Shown one piece after another: positions 58,601 through 64,000 of a stretch of 64,000 bases of DNA (positions are counted from its first letter, which is position 1; the number at the start of each line of letters is the position of its first letter). This stretch comes from Myxococcales bacterium. Its GTDB lineage: Bacteria > Myxococcota_A > UBA9042 > JABWCM01 > BTVJ01. The notes below the pieces were generated by a model. That model made no database searches. It was given only the letters and a program-made list of their open reading frames with translations, and was not told where the DNA came from. Where the stretch lies: positions 64,001 through 128,000 of the forward strand of contig BTVJ01000006.1 in NCBI GenBank assembly GCA_045863395.1, read 5' to 3'. Position numbers and translations under genes: made by a program.

Positions 58601-61600
58601 GACCCGCGCCGTCGTCGATGAGGGCGGTCGCGCCGTGACCCGGGAGGTGATCCATCGGGGAAGCAGCGACGAGGTGACCATCGGCGCGCGCTTCGACCAT
58701 GACGCCGTGGGGAGGCTGCTCCGCGTGGCGGACGGTCTCGGGCAGGTGCAGCGGGAGCTGGCCTGGGACAGCCTCGGGCGCCTGCGCGCAGAGCGCGACG
58801 AGCGGGGCTCGGTCACGGAGACCCGCTGGGACATGCTCGGCGCGGCACAGGAGACGACGCGGACGCTGCCGGGCGGCGAGCGGCGCACGACGCTCTTCGC
58901 CGCGACGCAGGGGTACCTGCGCGGCGAGGAGGCCTTTGGCGAGGGCGGCGGGGTCACGCCGTTGGGCGAGCGGCAGACCCTGTATGACGCCCTGGGACGG
59001 CCAGCCGTCGTGTACCCGCACGGCCTGGGCTCGCCGCAGACCGCCGAGGAGACCCTCGCCTGGGCAGGGGGCGCCGCCTGGCGCCGCACGTCGAGCGGCG
59101 CGACGATCACGAGCGAGATCGACGCCCTGGGGCAGCCACTCGAAGAGGTGGCGCAGGAGCCCGCGAAGCCGCAACCCGGGTACGCCCCAGCGGCGGTACG
59201 CACCGCGGTCCGGTCCTTCCGCTGGGACGCGGTCGGGCACCTGACCATGGCGCGCAACCTCTCCACGGACGACCTGCCGGTCTCCACGGTGCTCCGGGGC
59301 CACGACAGCCACGGGAACCTGATGCGCGAGGACCTCCACCTGCACCTTGGGGCGGGGGGCGAGCAGCACACCCGCACCCTCGCCACCTGGGACGACGGGG
59401 GCGCGCTGGTCAGCCTGGTGCCTGAGGCGGGCCCCGCCAGCGTGCTCATCGAGCACCAGCGTGACCCGCTCGGGCGCCTCGTTGCGACCCGGGTCGCGCC
59501 CACGACCGGAACTGCGTTCGCCTACGCCTACCCGAAGGCGATCACCTACACCTGGGCCGGGGAGCTGCTCCGCAAGCGGGTCGCCACTCTCGACAGCACG
59601 TTCCAGCCAGGGGAGGTCCCGTTCACTACCACCTTCGAGCACGACGAGCGGGGGCAGACCTGGCGGGTGGTCAACGCGGGCCCCGGCGGCGAGCTCTGGC
59701 GCCAGGAGCGCCTCTTCTGGCAGGGGGACGCCGTGGTGGACGTGACCGCCTCGGTCAAGGGAGGGGTCCCGCAGGCCGACCTCGCGCCCATCGAGGCGCT
59801 GGGGCGGGCTGGGGTCGCGCGGCTGCTGGCGCCCCCGACGGACCTCCTCGAGGCGCAGCCTTCCTACCAGGGCTGGCCGGACACCGCGCTCGGGAGCGCC
59901 GTCGCCGTGCGGGCGCTCGACGGGGACGGGGAGCCCGTCCGGCAGACCGTCACGCGCTGGGCCAAAGGCTACGGCAACCCCATGCTCTCCGGCACGTGGA
60001 CCACGCGCCGTGGAGGGCGCCTCGCCGAGGAGGCGTCGCTGCTGTGGGAGCCCGAGAAGGGCAAGGCCATGGAGGCGCGGCACCTGACCGTCGAGGCCGC
60101 CCCCGATGGCACGGACCGGGCGGTCGGGGCGGCGCATCGCCTCGTCCGCAAGGTGGCGGCCCCCTTCGCGAAGCCGGCTCCCGGGGGGAGCGCCGCGGCC
60201 CCCACCCTCGCGGGCCACCCGACGAACCGCGCCGACCACCTGGCCTTCGAGCACGGCGGCCCGGGGGTGCTGGCGCACGACGGCTGCCCCGGGGCGTGCG
60301 CGGACGGGAACCCCCGCCATCGCTACGGCTATGACGCCTGGGACCAGCTCGTCCGCATCGCCGCCGACGAGCCCGCCGCATGCACCGCCCCAGGCCCCGC
60401 CATGGACGACGTGTGGCCGGTCGCCACGGAGCTCGTCGTCGTGCGTGACGCCCTCGGCCGCCGGGTCGCCGAGCGGTGGGAGCTGCCGCCGGGCTGCGCG
60501 ACCCCGGAGTCCACGCTCCGCGGGGAGCGGGACCGCACCTTCCACTACCTCGGCGACACGGAGGTGGGCGAGCGCATCGAGCAGAGCACGGGCGACGGGG
60601 TCGTGACGCTGCTGCAAGGGCCCGAGGGCCTCGCCTGGGTCGCCGTCGCCTTCCCCTACGACCACGACAATCAGTACGTCGTGCTGCCGGACGCCACGGG
60701 TGGCCACGCAGGCGTCTGGGACGTGCGCAACCAGGGGCTCGCAGCCCCTGACTCACCGTCCCCCTGGTTCCGCCCCCACCCGATGCTCGCCATCGATCCG
60801 GCGGTGAGCTGGTCCTGGCGCTGGCTGGGCGGCGGCCTGGAGACCCAGCCCTTCGGCGCGATCACGTGGATGCAGGGCCGCGAGGCCGCCCACGACCTGC
60901 GCTCCAATCCCCTTGCCGACCGGTGGTACGCCACGCTTCACGCCACCGAGGGCTTCTGGGAGTCGGTGGGTGAGAAGGCGCTGGTGGCCCTCAACCTGTT
61001 CGCCGCGGCGGTGGGGTTCGTGCCCTTCGTCGGGGACCTGGTGGGGCTGCTCGCCGACGCCGTCTCCATCGGCGCGGACTTCGCGGCGGATGGCATGAGC
61101 TGGAGCCTCGCCGGCAAGGGGCTCCTCGCCGTGGGCCTCGCCGCGGTGGGCATCGGCGCGAGCCTGGCCGGGCCGGAGGGGTGGGCCGCCAAGGGCGCGG
61201 CGCGGGCTACGATCAGCTCGGCACGGGCGGGCCGGGCGGCGGCCCTGACCGCGGACGGCATCGGGGCGGCGAGGGCGCTCGATGCTCCCGGCGGCGCGGC
61301 CCAAGCGGCTCGCGCTGCGCAGGGGGGCGCCCAGAGCGCCATCCAGGCGTCCCGGGCGGCAGAGGCGGCGGCGGCGGCCCGCCTGGCACAGGAGCAGCGC
61401 ACCACGCACTTCCTGGGGAGGCTGTTTCGGGGGTACGTCCGGAGCCGTGGCGGCCTGGCGGGGGCTCCCCTGCCCGTCGCGCAGCGGCGCCTCCTGAACC
61501 AGGACCAGTGGGCGACGCGTGGCTTCGACGCCTGCGGGCCGACGGCCCTCGCCATGGTCCTCTCCGACTACGGCGTGCGCCTGACCGACGGGGCCCAGCG

Positions 61601-62012
61601 GCTTCTGAGCCGCGTTGTGGGGCACGGGGTCGTCTTCGGTACGCCCGCCGAGGGGTTGGCGCGCGGCGCAAGCGCGGCGGGCCTGCGCGCCGTCGTCCGC
61701 GAGATCCACGATCAGCGCGAGGCCTTCGAGGCGCTCCGCCGCGCCACCCAGCGGGGCGTCCCGGTCATCGCCTGGGAGCGCATCTTCGACCAGGGCTACG
61801 CGACCCGCCGCCTCCAGCAAGGCCGCAATGTGCGCGGTGCCCACTGGATCGTCGTCGACCAGTGGGTGGCGGAGACGGCCCACAGCCCGGCGGGCTTCTG
61901 GGTCCGCGACCCGGCGATCAGCTCGCGCTACGGGGTGCTGGAGCCCGCGTTCGTGCCCGAGTCCGAGATGCGGGACCTCATCGGGCATCAGCTCATCGGG
62001 CTGTTCAGGTAG
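52626..62012 (+). CDS. Giant Rhs/YD-repeat lipoprotein with C-terminal C39-like cysteine peptidase domain (~3,128 aa)
   Basis: GGAGG RBS; lipobox LGTGC; DUF6531-like segment (~55530-55690); degenerate YD repeats (YTYDEGRL, YDLAGRR, HDAVGRL, WDSLGRL, YDALGRP, YGYDAWDQL); CGPTALAMVL...HWIVV...VRDP at the C-terminus. Confidence 0.85.
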   Translation: MVTLSRLLCSLLASWVLALGTGCSDDDGGPGSSQDAGGSEGDTRVTTGGNALLRGPWPQATGAPGADPERPLAATWRMARGGTPGNGFVTVPCREGCYGPCGIAWEVPSDRRIADAQVVVGAGDAIFVHVLEGPDAVAGSGPDGYASTVLRVSAAGDDLFAREPVPLDPLGVLAALAVDADEAVPLVRDMISLETEDGPALVVLMHIAWRAGGQWSVRDVIVGIDPAVEARRFLYGFPQEVFTQTTPFMPEWGAEAIRVDGLGRLVVLKKGRIEQQGRLYAAPLPRQGEGLAGAGLVAEVVEIPLEGTGAPYAIDAFEVDDRDRLWTVGRESVSPPLCTDDRRFEQLRLRVFAPDGALLEDRPDPAHTFVSVSRVHVERDRDNGALRAILLGSLPTDPTCIDLVLHYPKAADQFTDDEDDPTRCPRRFEQACTTGGDCPCRGCEGMLQICPPPLFGGAPPGLAEVWWYADDTDVAVLVASGKRATPVVAPGRVVTDGRGLAMLGGTRLQVIDMKADAGALMLLSAEEWHVESSPWADGMQSLASVAGGWQTPLFGAPVGGAVPFVAALRSTVTDESVSFENAGIIRHATEWGNLVTGTVAGHAGLTSRTVARRRGPFEDYYVAHGEVDRVYPLDGGRLLHVFHWAGPAAKKSGASGGANERRLELRIAVPGGGLWEGRDLQPAAGAPMPLVPPCVDGDPPETCRYPLGTTVVPEEVQTVAVHEVSCLLTDSAGAAQVGCSRDELVRQWEGSQAATLAQASSGKVRPLCLASGVRERRTTAEDGSVTLHVLCEAFTETLAPSHPTGLVSLVPRDHATTCDAWGEPLPLRTVGLASVIDVTITDASGAPVTSVEVGQAVTVVVTTTGSVHIEVLSGGATLNGGVEAHVGGGEPVLLVATAEGVVVLRVTVTDAWGMVVGTRLVAIAVEGPGACSGAADGSTFSVCHPLLEVDAPDGEDTYESLADPAVVREVLLHDRSLLHTAVDHRVEGFGPSVVLARTHRSGVLPAKGGIMGGWHLSLDMRLSPVAAPGDDSWLLSESDGSDGEVRVHDLALMDPTGRVDVWRHPGVSELVQFGGSGPDFWVWDPAALKVVARPFSARVVTFQAPRGRFAALRSYTLVLEPGVAAHQKHPYYRPDRGFHTAERRFYELVEPSGLRRIFDCKGRLALIIDPQHREVELLWEGPVHPLTHVRALSGMVDAAGRRWAVEWKDVAGIPRVWRVTDPFGRKVVYGYEALPDEGARLLTVTKDFGDGESTHYTYDEGRLTSVTRPGASEPWLRVEYAGGAVVRQVVGREAPQAPGVSDGGVTTFLAVGGGVRVTDGRGTARTYALEALPGGGPVVVASERWVREVATDGDPGPRLLPSRAPVEVARTFTHEASGLVASITHPSGRVESFVWSPGGRLAERREDPVSGGAARVEKWTWEAMDPGWPGFACEVETGSLSATGAKTSRVVAPLDPAMPGLACTAVASDLPPVTAASGAKVAVRVEDDLEVGGVLRGALKVRRLLQGGALHESTRVEHAVVATPTPAEVAAAPQGKVAMPALGHTVAIEVHRPRPPECPADTATDARTDIESDERGNPVRTVTSYTGAPCTAGAPCPAGVCEAGRCRTTLVIEKEVDGHDRVVRTVVDAGGAAHESRARYDSRGLPTERSVRVADDVQVGGPPFQWTPPRWVTTTVHYDLAGRRIASVVEAPGERSFELTALDAEGGVVATLVPGPGADDATVAAVVEAVRGGESPAEILAAWGPEALGPGNFASVAPHSGVLLDPRVVLRTTERDADGLPIRETVTDGQAGCAVCAAIHGHTTELWRDAEGRVVYEDPGRDDRAADGRRVLVETTRDGLGRPTERAVRDPLGCAGPDTVVRRELSLDYGAHDTPALTEIRGDDGRASVTAGSLDVVACDTGALLSRTEAERDARGDVVALVEHRFALLAQDQGAPGAQGARTTRFGRDAQGRVVEERATGEGLNRRERTAYGLQGGACWSAVGTGTDVTVETRAVVDEGGRAVTREVIHRGSSDEVTIGARFDHDAVGRLLRVADGLGQVQRELAWDSLGRLRAERDERGSVTETRWDMLGAAQETTRTLPGGERRTTLFAATQGYLRGEEAFGEGGGVTPLGERQTLYDALGRPAVVYPHGLGSPQTAEETLAWAGGAAWRRTSSGATITSEIDALGQPLEEVAQEPAKPQPGYAPAAVRTAVRSFRWDAVGHLTMARNLSTDDLPVSTVLRGHDSHGNLMREDLHLHLGAGGEQHTRTLATWDDGGALVSLVPEAGPASVLIEHQRDPLGRLVATRVAPTTGTAFAYAYPKAITYTWAGELLRKRVATLDSTFQPGEVPFTTTFEHDERGQTWRVVNAGPGGELWRQERLFWQGDAVVDVTASVKGGVPQADLAPIEALGRAGVARLLAPPTDLLEAQPSYQGWPDTALGSAVAVRALDGDGEPVRQTVTRWAKGYGNPMLSGTWTTRRGGRLAEEASLLWEPEKGKAMEARHLTVEAAPDGTDRAVGAAHRLVRKVAAPFAKPAPGGSAAAPTLAGHPTNRADHLAFEHGGPGVLAHDGCPGACADGNPRHRYGYDAWDQLVRIAADEPAACTAPGPAMDDVWPVATELVVVRDALGRRVAERWELPPGCATPESTLRGERDRTFHYLGDTEVGERIEQSTGDGVVTLLQGPEGLAWVAVAFPYDHDNQYVVLPDATGGHAGVWDVRNQGLAAPDSPSPWFRPHPMLAIDPAVSWSWRWLGGGLETQPFGAITWMQGREAAHDLRSNPLADRWYATLHATEGFWESVGEKALVALNLFAAAVGFVPFVGDLVGLLADAVSIGADFAADGMSWSLAGKGLLAVGLAAVGIGASLAGPEGWAAKGAARATISSARAGRAAALTADGIGAARALDAPGGAAQAARAAQGGAQSAIQASRAAEAAAAARLAQEQRTTHFLGRLFRGYVRSRGGLAGAPLPVAQRRLLNQDQWATRGFDACGPTALAMVLSDYGVRLTDGAQRLLSRVVGHGVVFGTPAEGLARGASAAGLRAVVREIHDQREAFEALRRATQRGVPVIAWERIFDQGYATRRLQQGRNVRGAHWIVVDQWVAETAHSPAGFWVRDPAISSRYGVLEPAFVPESEMRDLIGHQLIGLFR

Positions 62013-62046
62013 GGGCGCGCCGGGGGCGGGAGCAGGAGGTGAGGGC

Positions 62047-62080
62047 GCGCCGGCCGCTCCGCCAGGGGAGCGGCCGGCGC
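62047..62080. terminator. Perfect 14-bp hairpin between convergent genes
   Basis: GCGCCGGCCGCTCC-gccagg-GGAGCGGCCGGCGC; no U-tract. Confidence 0.6.
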
Positions 62081-62085
62081 TGGGG

Positions 62086-64000
62086 CTACTTCTTGCCGCC
62101 GCAGGACGACTGGGCCGCCGTGGACACGACCACGCCGTGCTGCACGCCCGTGATCAGGCCGAGGCTGACCAGCGTGTTGGCGCTGTGCGCCACGCACGAG
62201 ACGTACTGGCCGTGGTTCTTCCACGCCGTCGTCGTCCCCCTGGGCCCGCTGCAGGGGCAGAGCTGCGGGATGGAGCAGCCGTTGGCCGGGTCGACCACTG
62301 CGCCAGCGAGGGTGCTGGGGCACAGGTCGCCGCCGTCCGCCACTCCGTCGCCGTCGTCGTCGTCGTCGCAGGCGTCACCGAGGCCGTCTCCGTCGTAGTC
62401 CGCCTGCGTCGGGTTGGCCACCAGGGAGCAGTTGTCGCCGCCGTCGAGGACGCCGTCGTTGTCGTCGTCCGCGTCGCACGCATCGCCCTGGCTGTCGCCG
62501 TCCGTGTCGATCTGATCCGCGTTGCCGAGGAACGGGCAGTTGTCGACGCCGTCGATGATGCCGTCGTTGTCGTCGTCCGGGTCACACACGTCGCCGAGGC
62601 CGTCCCCGTCGTTGTCCGCCTGGTCGCCGTTGGACCCGAGCGGGCAGTTGTCGTCGCCGTCCTCGACGCCGTCGTTGTCGTCGTCCGCATCGCAGGCGTC
62701 TCCCGCGCTGTCCCAGTCGTTGTCCGCCTGGTCGTCGTTGGCCGTCAGCGGGCAGTTGTCCGCCTCGTTCTCGACGCCGTCGCCGTCGATGTCGCTGTCG
62801 CAGGAGTCGCCGAGGCCGTCACCATCGAGATCGGTCTGGTCCCCGTTTGGCGCGAGCGGGCAGTTGTCGTCCGCATTGAGAACCCCGTCGCCGTCGGCGT
62901 CGTCGTCACAGAGGTCGCCCTGGCCGTCGCCGTCCGTGTCGGTCTGACCAGCGTTGGCCGTGAACTGGCAGTTGTCAGCGCCGTCGAGCACGCCATCGTC
63001 GTCGTCGTCGGCGTCGCACGCATCGCCGTCGCCATCGCCGTCGTTGTCGCTCTGGTCGGAGTTGCCGTCGAAGGGGCAGTTGTCGGCGGTGTCCTCGACC
63101 CCGTCGTTGTCGTCGTCCGGGTCGCAGGTGTCGCCAGCGCCGTCGCCGTCGTTGTCGCCCTGGTCACCGTTGGCGTCGAAGGGGCAGTTGTCGGCGGTGT
63201 CCTCGACCCCGTCGTTGTCGTCGTCGTCGTCGCAGGCGTCTCCTGCGCCGTCGAGGTCGTTGTTCGCCTGATCCGCGTTGGCTACGAACGCGCAGTTGTC
63301 CGCACCGTCCTCGACGCCATCGTTGTCGTCGTCCGGATCGCACGCGTCGCCCGCGCCATCGCTGTCGTTGTTGCCCTGCCCCGGGTTCGCGGTCAGCGGG
63401 CAGTTGTCAGCCCCGTCGGCCACGCCGTCGCCATCGTCGTCCGCGTCGCAGGCGTCACCCTCGCCATCGCCGTCCGTGTCGACCTGGTCGGCGTTCGCCA
63501 CGAGATCGCAGTTGTCGTCCACGTCATCGACGCCGTCGTTGTCGTCGTCCGCGTCGCAGGCGTCGCCGATGCCGTCGCCCTCGCTGTCCTCCTGGCCCGC
63601 GTTGGCGCTCACCGGGCAGTTGTCGGCACCGTCGGCGATGCCGTCGTTGTCGTCGTCCGGGTCGCAGGCGTCGCCGAGGCCGTCGCCATCCGTGTTGGTC
63701 TGGTCCGGGTCGGCCACCCATGGGCACACGTCGCTGCCGTTGGCCACGCCGTCGCCGTCCACGTCACCGTCGCAGGCATCACCGGCCCCGTCCAGGTCCT
63801 GGTCGAGCTGGTCCGCGTTCGCCGTGAACTGGCAGTTGTCGATGGAGTCGATGACCCCGTCGTTGTCGTCGTCGGGGTCGCATGCGTCGCCGGCCCCGTC
63901 GAAGTCGTTGTTCGCCTGGGTCGGGTTCGGCACGAGCGGGCAGTTGTCGCTCGTGTCTAGCACACCGTCGTTGTCGTCGTCCGGGTCGCACGCGTTACCC
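62086..64000 (-). CDS. Thrombospondin type-3 repeat protein (5'-truncated by the window)
   Basis: At least 15 tandem 36-aa units DNCPxxxNxDQxDxDxDGxGDACDxDDDNDG; frame open to the window edge; C-terminal WKNHGQYVSCV domain. Confidence 0.9.
   Translation of the reverse strand, partial: GNACDPDDDNDGVLDTSDNCPLVPNPTQANNDFDGAGDACDPDDDNDGVIDSIDNCQFTANADQLDQDLDGAGDACDGDVDGDGVANGSDVCPWVADPDQTNTDGDGLGDACDPDDDNDGIADGADNCPVSANAGQEDSEGDGIGDACDADDDNDGVDDVDDNCDLVANADQVDTDGDGEGDACDADDDGDGVADGADNCPLTANPGQGNNDSDGAGDACDPDDDNDGVEDGADNCAFVANADQANNDLDGAGDACDDDDDNDGVEDTADNCPFDANGDQGDNDGDGAGDTCDPDDDNDGVEDTADNCPFDGNSDQSDNDGDGDGDACDADDDDDGVLDGADNCQFTANAGQTDTDGDGQGDLCDDDADGDGVLNADDNCPLAPNGDQTDLDGDGLGDSCDSDIDGDGVENEADNCPLTANDDQADNDWDSAGDACDADDDNDGVEDGDDNCPLGSNGDQADNDGDGLGDVCDPDDDNDGIIDGVDNCPFLGNADQIDTDGDSQGDACDADDDNDGVLDGGDNCSLVANPTQADYDGDGLGDACDDDDDGDGVADGGDLCPSTLAGAVVDPANGCSIPQLCPCSGPRGTTTAWKNHGQYVSCVAHSANTLVSLGLITGVQHGVVVSTAAQSSCGGKK

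Noticed and set aside
62013..62085. Small immunity gene after the Rhs protein
   Set aside because: Only 73 nt, mostly a hairpin. Plus-strand ORFs running further are antisense to the TSP3 gene and look like shadows.
62300..64000. CRISPR-like or non-coding tandem array
   Set aside because: The repeats are in-frame 108-nt coding units with synonymous variation, there are no spacers and no cas genes.

Overview
A very GC-rich, densely coding bacterial chromosome segment. It is probably Myxococcota or a related deltaproteobacterium; this is inferred from the Cys-rich secreted proteins, many lipoproteins, the VIT-VWA-TonB_C-like architecture and the RHH-lepA-lepB context. It holds about 47 CDS and one tRNA-Leu(CAA). 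I saw no integrase, transposase or CRISPR array. Recognisable housekeeping content: an RHH/UDP-glucuronate decarboxylase/lepA/lepB operon, HIT protein, proC, PCD, a class III aminotransferase, ACBP plus a POT transporter, TraB-family protein and fxsA. It also carries a poly-gamma-glutamate operon (pgsB-pgsC-pgsW plus an HMA lipoprotein and a TPR protein), an orphan motA/motB pair and a three-gene CDP-alcohol/cytidylyltransferase cluster. The two most interesting items are: (1) two tandem secreted paralogues that each appear to have an N-terminal dockerin-like module and a C-terminal cohesin-like module separated by a variable number of 110-aa Cys-rich repeats, plus a third dockerin-bearing protein, suggesting a self-polymerising non-cellulosomal scaffold; (2) a ~3,130-aa lipoprotein-type Rhs/YD-repeat protein with no recognisable autoprotease motif, a C-terminal C39-like cysteine peptidase and no adjacent immunity gene. 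All calls come from motif recognition by eye, and no database searches were run. Start codons were adjusted from the ORF track where RBS or gene-overlap evidence suggested it.
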